64,000 nucleotides of DNA from Bacillota bacterium. GTDB taxonomy: Bacteria > Bacillota > JAAYKD01. A model generated the notes under the pieces. It saw only the letters and a list, made by a program, of their open reading frames with translations. It was not told the origin of the DNA and searched no databases. The number at the start of each line of letters is the position of its first letter. The stretch's first letter is position 1. Made by a program: the position numbers and the translations under genes. Shown here in pieces: positions 14,401-19,997 of this stretch. The stretch is from NCBI GenBank assembly GCA_963666425.2, contig OY762825.2:2400001-2464000 (forward strand), in the 5' to 3' direction.

Positions 14401-17400
14401 GATGTTTATCAGGTTCGGATTATCGTTCGGGATGGAGCAGGCAATGAAGCTACTTCTTCATTCACTTGGACGGTAGACCCACTGCTGCTAGACGGATGGG
14501 TTGAAGCAGGTTTGTGGTCGGATTGGACTAGAGTGGATTATCGCAGTTTGTGGGTAGAACAAGCTTATGCCGCGGGCAATCCGTTGAAAATCGCTGTTTT
14601 AGCGGATCCTACCATCACCGAAGTAATTGCAGAAATCCATCAAATTGATCCATTGGAGAATTTAAGCTCGGCTTTAGGACGTTTTATCTTGACCCCAGTA
14701 GCGACTGATTTATATGCTGGAAGTTCGGATTTTAAACTCTGGAATGCAACAGTAATTCTGCCTGATGATCTGTTGGAAGGTCGCTATTTCATTACGTTCG
14801 AAGCAAAATCCGGCAGCTATGTTGTAGAGGATTCACAACCTGCTACTGAAATCACGGAACCAGGACAGAATAATTATTTCACAGTCAAGAATATATTCGG
14901 ACTTTGGGGGATCATTAGTGAAAGATCGAGCGGAAAGTTAGTGAATGGAGCCTCTATTCGCTTGTTCGATTTATCAGGGCGATTGGTTGAGACAACTACC
15001 AGTGACATAAATGGATACTATCTATTCAGTAATTTGAAAGCCAATCAATATAGCTTAGTAACCGAAGATGCTCGTTATTCTACCAGTAATATGGTTGTCA
15101 ATGTAGTCTCATCCGACTTGACACAGACCATGATCCGGCAAGATATTGGGTTAGTGAAATTCAGTATTCGTTTTTCTGCCAATCCAACCACGATTGTGGG
15201 AGATGGAGTAGAAACTACTCAACTTACTGCTCAATTATTTGATGAGAATGGAGCCGTTGCACCCGGTATTGAGATTAATTTCAGTGCCAGTGCAGGCAGC
15301 TTTGTCGGTCCATCAATGGGGATAACGGATGCAGATGGGAAAGTCTCTGTAACATTAAGATCCAGTAAAATTGAAGGTGTGATGGCAGTCATTATACCGA
15401 TCACAGCAGTGGTGGATGACCCAGTTCGGGACCTTTACGGAGAAGCACGCATTTTGATGACCTTTGCCCCAGGAGCATTGAAAGGAATTGTGACTGATCG
15501 TGATTTGAATATTCCTGTAGCAGGTGCCGAAGTAACGGTTTACAAGGATTTTGACAATGATGGGATTACTGATTTCAGTGCAACATTTATTACCGGGGCT
15601 GATGGTTCCTACAAAATTGCCATCCCTCGCGGGGATGTAGTCTATGACATTCAAATTAAAAAACCTGTTCATATTGGTGATAGTACTGTAATGATGACCT
15701 TCCCACAAAAAGGGACTAGCGGAGCAATCAGTGGGCTAGGAACTGAAGAATTCAACTCGGAGATTACTGGTGCCGGTGTCATTGTTTATAAAGATACCAA
15801 TGGCAGCACAAAGGTTTTAACTGATTACAGTGATTTTAGCTTGAAAATTGAAAAAATCGAAGTCGGAGGTAATTTAGTAGCCAGCGGACTGACTGGAGGA
15901 ATCGCTCCCTCTACTGGGGTATTCCAAATCAATAACTTAGCAAAAGGAACTGATTATAAAGTCGAGGTCATGAGAGAAATATCGGCTGGGGAATTTATTA
16001 CGGTAGGCTATCAGGATATCACAGTCAGTCAAGACGGCGAGATCAATCTGGGGACGTTGGAATTGATTGATCCTTATGGTATCATTACAGATTCCGTAAC
16101 CGGAAATGCGATTGGAAATGCGTTAGTGCAATTGTATTATGCTAATACAGCATTAAATCTCGGTAACGGTCTGATTCCGGATACTCTTGTTACACTTCCG
16201 GCATTAGCTTCATTCCCTCCGGCGAATAATGCGAATCCGCAAAGAAGTGATTCGACCGGGCAGTATGCCTTTATGGTCTTTCCAAATACGGATTACTATA
16301 TCCTCTCCTCCCATCCGAATTACAATTCTTACAAAAGTCCTATTATTTCAGTTGGATTAGTGATTGTAAAACATGATTTCCAGATGACGGCAATTCCAGA
16401 TGAAGACATAATTTCTGTGAATGCAGATTTGTATGTCACGCTGACATCGAATCAGATGAAGTATTTGGAAGGAGAAAAGATCAATTTGACAATCGAGTAT
16501 GGAAACTTGACTGCCAAATCGGCTGAAAACGTGTTGATCATATTCACCCTTCCTTCCTATACAACAGTAGAAAATGCCGGACTTGGAATTGTGAACGGAA
16601 ACTTAGTGACCTGGGAACTGGGAACTTTGACAGCAAAGTCACAAGGATCTTTAGAAATCGAATTAAGCGTTTCAGAGATTCCTGAACAAACCACAATGGT
16701 AACTGCAAAAACAGAGATCCAATCCTCAACGAGCTTAATCAATAAAAATAACGACCAATCTTCGCTGGACATGCTGTTGTTAAGCAATCGTTTTGAGACC
16801 GGTATTCACGAGCAGTATATTATCGGATATGGCAATAGAGATTTCAAACCTTATCGGTCAATTACGAGAGCAGAAATCGCAACAATCTTCTCGCGAATCA
16901 TGCATCTCAACCTGGTTGACGTTCCTGGACAGTATAATGATGTAATCGGTTCGGAATGGTATAGTCAAGCAATTCATGCGGTGAGTAAGGCAGGCTTAAT
17001 GAGTGGATATCCGGATGGAAGCTTTAAACCGGACCAATCAATCACGAGAGCAGAATTGATTTCAGTCATTAGCCGTTTCCTAAAATCCGGAACTTATACA
17101 GGGTTACAACCGGATTTAACAGATATTTCTGGCCATTGGGCTTATAATGACATCGCAGAAATGTATCGTATTGGAATCATCACTGGATATGAAGACAAGA
17201 CATTCCACCCTGATTTACCAATAAATCGAGCAGAAGCAGTAACGATGATCAATCATCTGCTTTTTAGAGGTCCATTGAAGGTAGAAACCCCAACTTTCAT
17301 TGACGTACTACCCTCTGATTGGTTTTATGGAGAAGTAGAAGAAAGTGCACATACCCACGAATTTAAAGTTCAGCTCGGTGGAGCAGAGGAATTGGTTCGT

Positions 17401-17412
17401 TATCTCGATTAA
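2455..17412 (+). CDS. Giant cell-surface adhesin (~4,985 aa): signal peptide, N-terminal domain, DUF11-like domain, ~39 cadherin/He_PIG-like Ig repeats, carboxypeptidase-regulatory-like and Big_1-like domains, second DUF11-like domain, three C-terminal SLH domains
   Basis: ORF 2401..17412; likely start ATG 2455 after RBS GAGGAG. LDISKG...VTYTIQIRNTG...DTLPAGFTYV is DUF11-like. Repeats carry TIAEG/ATDxD/SDG/DVNRxP. C-terminus has ITRAEIA, ITRAELI and INRAEAV SLH motifs. Confidence 0.92.
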   Translation: MKFNRRYKRILLIVTLALVLLFQPGSAIAARTTIAIDNTISDWAGVGTSASDPVGDVNGVGPNDLIRIWVTNDETNMYVRWDIDMTGKATSIKSSAYGLAIDKDLNGVADSFAWVAFDSQGVISASIENVTTGVTTTLSPSATYVTQINTGSAKTVTSVESKFPFVSLAIPATSSALLWAETHSSPVSTSVVKDRAPDGGNFNMNFTDGNWVPNGTGMVLDISKGTNRSNVPSGSQVTYTIQIRNTGSAAGAISSLVDTLPAGFTYVAGSSSGITSNNPTISTTAGTQTLTWILSPSIPAGSSVTQTFTAAASSTLGTYYNNATVMYSSLSLQTGDTAKVTVVANSTPVMSSNSNNTSQTIAEGSGLSAITATDADLDTLVYTKTSGTLPAGITLNSNGSFSGTASYTSAGSYPVVITVTDGNGGSTFTNLAITVTDVNSAPSYTGAAANTAQTIAEGSGLTALAAADPDGTTLTYTLTTGSLPAGINLNANGTFSGTASYDTAGSSPYSVTITASDGSLTAATNLVITVNNTNRAPSYTGAAANTAQTIAEGSGLTALAAADPDGTTLTYTLTTGSLPAGITLNANGTFSETASYDAAGSSPYSVTITASDGSLTAATNLAITVNNTNRAPEFTGAATNTAQTIAEGSGLTALAAADPDGTTLTYTLTAGSLPAGINLNANGTFSGTASYDAAGSSPYNVTITASDGSLTAATNLAITVNNTNREPEFTGAAANTVQTIAEGSGLTALAAADPDGTTLTYTLTAGSLPAGINLNANGTFSGTASYDAAGSSPYNVTITASDGSLTAATNLAITVNNTNREPEFTGAAANTAQTIAEGSGLTALAAADPDGTTLTYTLTAGSLPAGINLNANGTFSGTASYDAAGSSPYNVTITASDGSLTAATNLAITVNNTNREPEFTGAAANTAQTIAEGSGLTALAAADPDSDTLTYSLTSGTLPIGITFNADGTFTGATSPGSSGTFPLMFSVSDGTMTDTTTLNLTVSNTNHAPEFTGAATNTAQTIAEGSGLTALAAADPDGTTLTYTLTTGSLPAGITLNANGTFSGTASYDAAGSSPYSVTITASDGSLTAATNLVITVNNTNRAPSYTGAATNTAQTIAEGSGLTALAAADPDSDTLIYSVTSGSLPSGVTLNNNGTFSSSASYTAAGDYPIEITVSDGKGGTDTTSLTITVSDVDRDPIFTGDATNTAQTIAEGAAPAALAATDDADETLSYSLTSGSLPSGVTLNNNGTFSGSTSYTAAGDYPVVITVSDGKGGTDTTNLTITVSDVNRDPIFTAAATNTAQTIAEGAAPAALAATDDADETLSYSVTSGSLPSGVTLNNNGTFSGSPSYTAAGSYPVEITVSDSKGGSDTTNLTITVSDVNRDPIFTAALTNTAQTIAEGAAPAALAATDDADETLSYSVTSGSLPSGVTLNNNGTFSGSVSYTAAGDYPVVITVSDGKGGTDTTNLTITVSDVNRDPIFTAAATNTAQTIAEGAAPAALAATDDADETLSYSVTSGSLPSGVTLNSNGTFSGSASYTAAGDYPVVITVSDGKGGTDTTNLTITVSDVNRDPIFTGAATNTAQTIAEGAAPAALAATDDADETLSYSLTSGSLPSGLTLNANGSFSGSASYIAAGDYPVVITVSDGKGGSDTTNLTITVSDVNRDPIFTGAATNTTQTIAEGATPAALAATDDADETLSYSVTSGSLPSGLTLNANGSFSGSASYIAAGDYPVVITVSDGKGGSDTTNLTITVSDVNRDPIFTGAATNTTQTIAEGATPAALAATDDADETLSYSVTSGSLPSGLTLNANGSFSGTASYTAAGDYPVVITVSDGKGGSDTTNLTITVSDVNRDPVFTAALTNTAQTIAEGAAPAALAATDDADETLSYSVTSGSLPSGLTLNANGSFSGSTSYTAAGNYPIEITVSDGKGGTDTTNLTITVSDVNRDPIFTAAATNTTQTIAEGAAPAALAATDDADETLSYSVTSGSLPSGVTLNSNGTFSGSASYTAAGSYPVEITVSDSKGGTDTTNLTITVSDVNRDPIFTAALTNTAQTIAEGAAPAALAATDDADETLSYSVTSGSLPSGLTLNANGSFSGSTSYTAAGDYPVVITVSDGKGGTDTTNLTITVSDVNRDPAFTAAAINTAQTIAEGTAPAALAATDDADETLSYSVTSGSLPSGLTLNANGSFSGNASYTAAGDYPVVITVSDGKGGSDTTNLTITVSDVNRAPIFTSAVTNTAQTIAEGAAPAALIATDDADETLSYSVTSGSLPSGLTLNSNGSFSGSASYTAAGDYPVVITVSDGKGGTDSTNLTITVSDVNRDPIFTGAVTNTTQTIAEGGTPAAPAATDDADETLSYSVTSGSLPSGLTLNANGSFSGSASYTAAGDYPIEITVSDGKGGTDTTNLTITVSDVNRDPIFTAVATNTAQTIAEGTAPAALAATDDADETLSYSVTSGSLPSGLTLNANGSFSGSTSYTAAGDYPVVITVSDGKGGTDTTNLTITVSDVNRDPGFTAAAINTAQTIAEGTAPAALAATDDADETLSYSVTSGNLPSGLTLNTNGSFSGSASYTAAGDYPVVITVSDGKGGTDTTNLTITVSDVNRDPIFTGAVTNTTQTIAEGAAPAALAATDDADETLSNSVTSGSLPSGLTLNANGSFSGSTSYTAAGDYPIEITVSDGKGGTDTTNLTITVSDVNRDPIFTAAATNTAQTIAEGAAPAALAATDDADETFSYSVTSGSLPSGVTLNNNGTFSGTASYISSGSYPVVITVSDGKGGTDTTNLTITVSDVNRDPIFTGAVTNTAQTIAEGAAPAALAATDDADETLSYSVTSGSLPSGLTLNANGSFSGTASYTSSGSYPVEITVSDGKGGTDTTNLTITVSDVNRDPIFTAAATNTAQTIAEGTAPAALAATDDADETLSYSVTSGSLPSGLTLNANGSFSGSASYTAAGDYPVVITVSDGKGGSDTTNLTITVSDVNRDPIFTGAATNTAQTIAEGAAPAALTATDDADETLSYSVTSGSLPSGLTLNANGSFSGSTSYTAAGDYPVVITVSDGKGGTDTTNLTITVSDVNRDPIFTAALTNTAQTIAEGATPAALAATDDADETLSYSVTSGSLPSGLTLNANGSFSGSASYTAAGDYPVVITVSDGKGGSDTTNLTITVSDVNRAPVFTAAAGNTAQTIVEGAAPAALAATDDADETLSYSVTSGSLPSGLTLNTNGSFSGSASYTAAGDYPVGITVSDGKGGSDTTNLTITVSDVNRDPAFTAAATNTAQTIAEGAAPAALAATDDADETLSYSVTSGSLPSGVMLNNNGTFSGTASYTSSGSYPVEITVSDGKGGTDTTNLTITVSDVNRDPIFTAVATNTAQTIAEGTAPAALAASDDADETLSYSVTSGSLPSGLTLNANGSFSGSANYTAAGDYPVEITVSDTKGGSDTTNLTITVSDVNRDPIFTAALTNTAQTIAEGAAPAALAAIDDADETLSYSVTSGSLPSGVTLNNNGTFSGTASYISSGSYPVVITVSDGKGGTDTTNLTITVSDVNRDPIFTGAATNTAQTIVEGATPAALAATDDADETLSYSVTSGSLPSGLTLNANGSFSGTASYTAAGSYPVEITVSDSKGGSDTTNLTITVSDVNRDPIFTGAVTNTTQTIAEGAAPAALAAIDDADETLSYSVTSGSLPSGLTLNTNGSFSGSVSYTAAGDYPVVITVSDGKGGTDTTNLTITVSDVNRDPIFTGAVTNTAQTIAEGAAPAALAATDDADETLSYSVTSGSLPSGLTLNTNGSFSGSASYTAADDYPVVITVSDGKGGTDTTNLTITVSDVNRDPIFTGAATNSAQTIAEGSVLASLIATDPDSDSLDYSISSGLLPAGITLNSDGTFSGTVNYTSAGSYPVTVLIVDGKGGSISQSLIIHIDNTNTIPSIQTLTDRTDREGISIDLNITSTDIDGDILTYTAVNLPLGITIHPNTGKLEGTLTLPDVYQVRIIVRDGAGNEATSSFTWTVDPLLLDGWVEAGLWSDWTRVDYRSLWVEQAYAAGNPLKIAVLADPTITEVIAEIHQIDPLENLSSALGRFILTPVATDLYAGSSDFKLWNATVILPDDLLEGRYFITFEAKSGSYVVEDSQPATEITEPGQNNYFTVKNIFGLWGIISERSSGKLVNGASIRLFDLSGRLVETTTSDINGYYLFSNLKANQYSLVTEDARYSTSNMVVNVVSSDLTQTMIRQDIGLVKFSIRFSANPTTIVGDGVETTQLTAQLFDENGAVAPGIEINFSASAGSFVGPSMGITDADGKVSVTLRSSKIEGVMAVIIPITAVVDDPVRDLYGEARILMTFAPGALKGIVTDRDLNIPVAGAEVTVYKDFDNDGITDFSATFITGADGSYKIAIPRGDVVYDIQIKKPVHIGDSTVMMTFPQKGTSGAISGLGTEEFNSEITGAGVIVYKDTNGSTKVLTDYSDFSLKIEKIEVGGNLVASGLTGGIAPSTGVFQINNLAKGTDYKVEVMREISAGEFITVGYQDITVSQDGEINLGTLELIDPYGIITDSVTGNAIGNALVQLYYANTALNLGNGLIPDTLVTLPALASFPPANNANPQRSDSTGQYAFMVFPNTDYYILSSHPNYNSYKSPIISVGLVIVKHDFQMTAIPDEDIISVNADLYVTLTSNQMKYLEGEKINLTIEYGNLTAKSAENVLIIFTLPSYTTVENAGLGIVNGNLVTWELGTLTAKSQGSLEIELSVSEIPEQTTMVTAKTEIQSSTSLINKNNDQSSLDMLLLSNRFETGIHEQYIIGYGNRDFKPYRSITRAEIATIFSRIMHLNLVDVPGQYNDVIGSEWYSQAIHAVSKAGLMSGYPDGSFKPDQSITRAELISVISRFLKSGTYTGLQPDLTDISGHWAYNDIAEMYRIGIITGYEDKTFHPDLPINRAEAVTMINHLLFRGPLKVETPTFIDVLPSDWFYGEVEESAHTHEFKVQLGGAEELVRYLD
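3519..6071 (+). repeat. Intragenic tandem repeat block A: 9 units of 279-285 bp (93-95 aa), cadherin-like
   Basis: NTAQTIAEGSGL starts recur at about 3519, 3801, 4086, 4371, 4656, 4941, 5226, 5505 and 5790. Confidence 0.9.
6072..13967 (+). repeat. Intragenic tandem repeat block B: 28 units of 282 bp (94 aa), cadherin-like
   Basis: NTAQTIAEGAAPAALAATDDADETLSYSVTSGSLPSG...VSDGKGGTDTTNLTITVSDVNRDP repeats at a 282-bp period from 6072 to 13967. Confidence 0.92.
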
Positions 17413-17502
17413 CCGCATTCTGAAAGATCTTGCTAAAGAAGATCGAGAGATGGAAAGGCCCTGCTCAGTTAGGCTGGTCACCAAAAAGTGAAAAAGCGCA
17501 AT

Positions 17503-17538
17503 AAAAAACAACCTTGTCGTAAGACAAGGTTGTTTTTT
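17503..17538. terminator. Bidirectional intrinsic terminator between the adhesin gene and the tRNA cluster
   Basis: AAAAAACAACCTTGTC-GTAA-GACAAGGTTGTTTTTT, a perfect stem with A and T tails. Confidence 0.85.
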
Positions 17539-17630
17539 TGGCGGAGAGAAAGGGATTCGAACCCTTGAACGGTTTAACCCGTTACACGATTTCCAGTCGT
17601 GCGCCTTCGACCAGACTCAGCCATCTCTCC
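17539..17630 (-). tRNA. tRNA-Ser(GGA)
   Basis: GGAGAGATGG...CACGA-CTGGAAA-TCGTG, long variable arm, GGTTCGAATCC, ends GCCA. Confidence 0.97.
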
Positions 17631-17672
17631 ATGGATTAAGTTATGCAATCTCTCAGTGAGAAGACAAAAAGC

Positions 17673-17701
17673 ATTATAACAAATACGATGATAAAAATCA
17701 A
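17673..17701 (-). promoter_or_regulatory. SigA promoter for tRNA-Ser(GGA)
   Basis: TTGATT-17 bp-TATAAT with an extended -10 TG on the minus strand. Confidence 0.7.
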
Positions 17702-17741
17702 GCTTTTATTCGGCAAGAACTTGTCTTTCTAAGAATAGAAC

Positions 17742-17831
17742 TGGCGGAGAGAGCGAGATTCGAACTCGCGAGGCGTTTCAGCGCCTACTCGCTTTCGAGG
17801 CGAGCGCATTCGGCCACTCTGCCATCTCTCC
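17742..17831 (-). tRNA. tRNA-Ser(CGA); its first 47 nt overlap the end of tadA
   Basis: GGAGAGATGGCAGAGTGGCCGAATGCG-CTCGC-CTCGAAA-GCGAG, variable arm, GAGTTCGAATCTC, ends GCCA. Confidence 0.96.
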
Positions 17832-18282
17832 GTTTATCACGCAATTCCTGAAAAAAATGAGACAACAGGGAGGCACAGGCTTCAGCACAAATGCCGGAAG
17901 TCACTTCAACTCTGTGGTTCATTCTCTCATCCTGAAGTAAATTATACAGTGTTCCGGCACATCCGGCCTTCGGATCCGCAACACCAAAGACAACCCGCTC
18001 AATGCGAGCTTGCAAAATAGCCCCGGCGCACATAGCGCAAGGTTCTACTGTGACATATAAAGTGCAATTGAGTAATCGCCAGCCGCCTAAAGTTTCTGAT
18101 GCATCTCGAATGGCAATCATTTCTGCATGAGCGGTAGGGTCACGCCAAGTCTCCCGCCGGTTAAATCCCTGACCTACAATTCGGTTGCCTTGCACAATAA
18201 TGGCTCCAATAGGAACTTCACCTAAGCGGGCAGCAGACATTGCTTGCTGCAATGCCAAGTTCATTCCAAATTCATCGTCCAT
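17785..18282 (-). CDS. tadA: tRNA-specific adenosine-34 deaminase
   Basis: EVPIGA, DPTAHAE, EPCAMC zinc-deaminase motifs, DPKAG, and the C-terminal FFxxLR helix. Confidence 0.95.
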   Translation of the reverse strand: MDDEFGMNLALQQAMSAARLGEVPIGAIIVQGNRIVGQGFNRRETWRDPTAHAEMIAIRDASETLGGWRLLNCTLYVTVEPCAMCAGAILQARIERVVFGVADPKAGCAGTLYNLLQDERMNHRVEVTSGICAEACASLLSHFFQELRDKRRDGRVAECARLESE

Positions 18283-18320
18283 AGTACACCACCGTTCATC
18301 CTAAAACTCCGGTTGGAGGA

Positions 18321-18396
18321 TGGCGCCCCCGAAAGGAATCGAACCTCCGACGCAGAGCTTAGGAAGCTCTCGCTCTATCCACTGAGCTACGGGGGC
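18321..18396 (-). tRNA. tRNA-Arg(CCT)
   Basis: GCCCCCGTAGCTCAGTGGATAGAGC-G-AGAGC-TTCCTAA-GCTCT...GGTTCGATTCC...GCCA. Confidence 0.96.
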
Positions 18397-18403
18397 AAAA
18401 AAA

Positions 18404-18480
18404 TGGTGCGCCCGGAGGGATTCGGACCCCCGACCACCAAGTTCGTAGCCTGTTACTCTATCCAGCTGAGCTACGGGCGC
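18404..18480 (-). tRNA. tRNA-Arg(ACG) with atypical T-loop (TCCGAAT)
   Basis: GCGCCCGTAGCTCAGCTGGATAGAGT-A-ACAGG-CTACGAA-CTTGG...GGGGG-TCCGAAT-CCCTC-CGGGCGC-ACCA. Confidence 0.93.
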
Positions 18481-18484
18481 ATCA

Positions 18485-18523
18485 ACGGCATATACCATAG
18501 CATATGCCGTCGTAAAATGTCAA
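18485..18523 (-). promoter_or_regulatory. Promoter of the tRNA-Arg/tadA cluster, with an inverted repeat around the -10
   Basis: TTGACA-18 bp-TATGGT (TG-extended). ACGGCATAT-N8-ATATGCCGT brackets the -10. Confidence 0.6.
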
Positions 18524-18567
18524 GTGGATACACTCAAACCGACATAAATTTTATGGAACAGTTTCGA

Positions 18568-18954
18568 TTATTCAGCGATTTCTTCCTTAATCTCAGCCTC
18601 AGGAGCATTATTGGTAACAGATTCCATGCCGTTCACACAGCTGATTTTTTGTTTATACCCTTCACTAACGGCAATAATCTCACCATTCCGGGCTTTTAAA
18701 CGGAAACGGTATTCTCCGGATTTATCTTTATACATTTCAAATTTGGGATGCGATTGCGGAACAACCTGATCCAGCGTTTGATCCTCAATTTTCGCGATCA
18801 CTGCGTTCTTTTTGACACTTTCAATGCCATTGATACAACTGGCTTTGGTTTGATAATTTTCGCTCGTTGCAATTACTTGCCCGTTGGATGCAAGTAAGTC
18901 AAAGCGAAAAGCTCCACTGGCAGTAATCTTCATAACGAACTTACCTTTAGCCAT
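18568..18954 (-). CDS. YegP/UPF0339 family protein (two DUF1508 repeats)
   Basis: FRFDLLASNGQVIATSENY...CINGIESVK and YRFRLKARNGEIIAVSEGY...CVNGMESV. Start ATG 18954 after GGAGGG. Confidence 0.9.
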   Translation of the reverse strand: MAKGKFVMKITASGAFRFDLLASNGQVIATSENYQTKASCINGIESVKKNAVIAKIEDQTLDQVVPQSHPKFEMYKDKSGEYRFRLKARNGEIIAVSEGYKQKISCVNGMESVTNNAPEAEIKEEIAE

Positions 18955-19263
18955 AAAAAATCCCTCCTTGCTATTTTGATAAACTCCGTTCTCATTATAG
19001 TCGAAAGTTTTTAAAAAAACAAGACCCAAAAATATGTAATCGCAGAAATAGATAGTAATAGAGTAGCTAGGAGTAGATTGGGAAGAATATTGAACAAAAA
19101 TAGTTTTAAAACAAACTACATGGAAAACGATAAAATTACGAACTATTTCCGACGATTGTCTTCGTAATCAAGAGGTTTTTAATACAATTCGCTGTAAAAA
19201 GGCTAACGTTAAGCTATCTATGCAATTAAATCGAAAATATAAGAAAATCGCCAGGTTTTACCC

Positions 19264-19292
19264 TTGCACCACCAGTTTTATTGTGTTATAAT
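19264..19292 (+). promoter_or_regulatory. SigA promoter for tRNA-Ser(GCT)
   Basis: TTGCAC-17 bp-TATAAT with an extended -10 TG. Confidence 0.75.
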
Positions 19293-19306
19293 TCCGTTAG
19301 CTTTAT

Positions 19307-19399
19307 GGAGAGGTGCCCGAGAGGCCGAAGGGGACCGCCTGCTAAGCGGCTATAGTGTCAAAAACGCTATCGCGGGTTCGAATCCCGCCTTCTCCGCCA
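19307..19399 (+). tRNA. tRNA-Ser(GCT)
   Basis: GGAGAGGTGCCCGAGAGGCCGAAGGGG-ACCGC-CTGCTAA-GCGGC, long variable arm, GGGTTCGAATCCC, ends GCCA. Confidence 0.96.
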
Positions 19400-19446
19400 A
19401 AAGACGTCCGAAAAATCCGATCAAATCGGACTTTTCGGACGTCTTT
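19400..19446 (+). terminator. Long hairpin terminator after tRNA-Ser(GCT)
   Basis: AAAGACGTCCGAAAA-ATCCGAT-CAA-ATCGGAC-TTTTCGGACGTCTTT. Confidence 0.75.
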
Positions 19447-19496
19447 CTCATTAACAACTGGAATTTGCAGATTGATATGCAGTGAGGAGGAAAGCA

Positions 19497-19997
19497 ATGC
19501 CTGAATACGCTTATGGTTATTGCGGCATGCCCTGTGCTTTATGTACACGTTACAGAACAGCAGGAACCAGCAAGTGTCCGGGCTGTTCTCATGATGGTTA
19601 TTATACAGAACCGTGCAGAGTTCATCATTGCTGTAAGACAAAAGCAATCACGCATTGCGGCAACTGCGCTGAATTTCCCTGCGTGCGCTTAGGCAAGATG
19701 GGAGACTTCAGCGACCTAACAACGAATCATGTCAAGGAAAGAACCTGCCAATGCGTAGCTGCTCACGGATTTGAGGCTTGGTATCGAGATTATGCGGAGC
19801 GGGCGGAGTTACTGACGCTGGCGCTGGTGCGCTACAATAATGGCCGCATGAAAAGGTTTTTATGCGAGTTATTTATTCAGCAGGAAATCTCTACGCTGCG
19901 CGAAATCATGCAGAAAGCAGAAGCACTTTCCGGCAGCCCCAAAGAGATCGGCAAGGCTTTTCAGGAGATTACGCAATCAATTATCTCCCAAAACTGA
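19497..19997 (+). CDS. Cys-rich DUF3795-like protein
   Basis: GYCGMPCALC, KCPGC, PCRVHHCC and HCGNCAEFPC pattern; RBS GAGGAGG. Confidence 0.8.
   Translation: MPEYAYGYCGMPCALCTRYRTAGTSKCPGCSHDGYYTEPCRVHHCCKTKAITHCGNCAEFPCVRLGKMGDFSDLTTNHVKERTCQCVAAHGFEAWYRDYAERAELLTLALVRYNNGRMKRFLCELFIQQEISTLREIMQKAEALSGSPKEIGKAFQEITQSIISQN

Noticed and set aside
17412-19500. Integrative element at the tRNA-Ser genes carrying adhesin 1 or DUF3795
   Set aside because: No integrase and no isolated duplicate of a tRNA 3' end; terminators follow the tRNAs directly.
18244-19647. ORFs 18244..18699, 18301..18498, 19264..19485 and 19342..19647
   Set aside because: They overlap tRNA genes and resemble no protein family.
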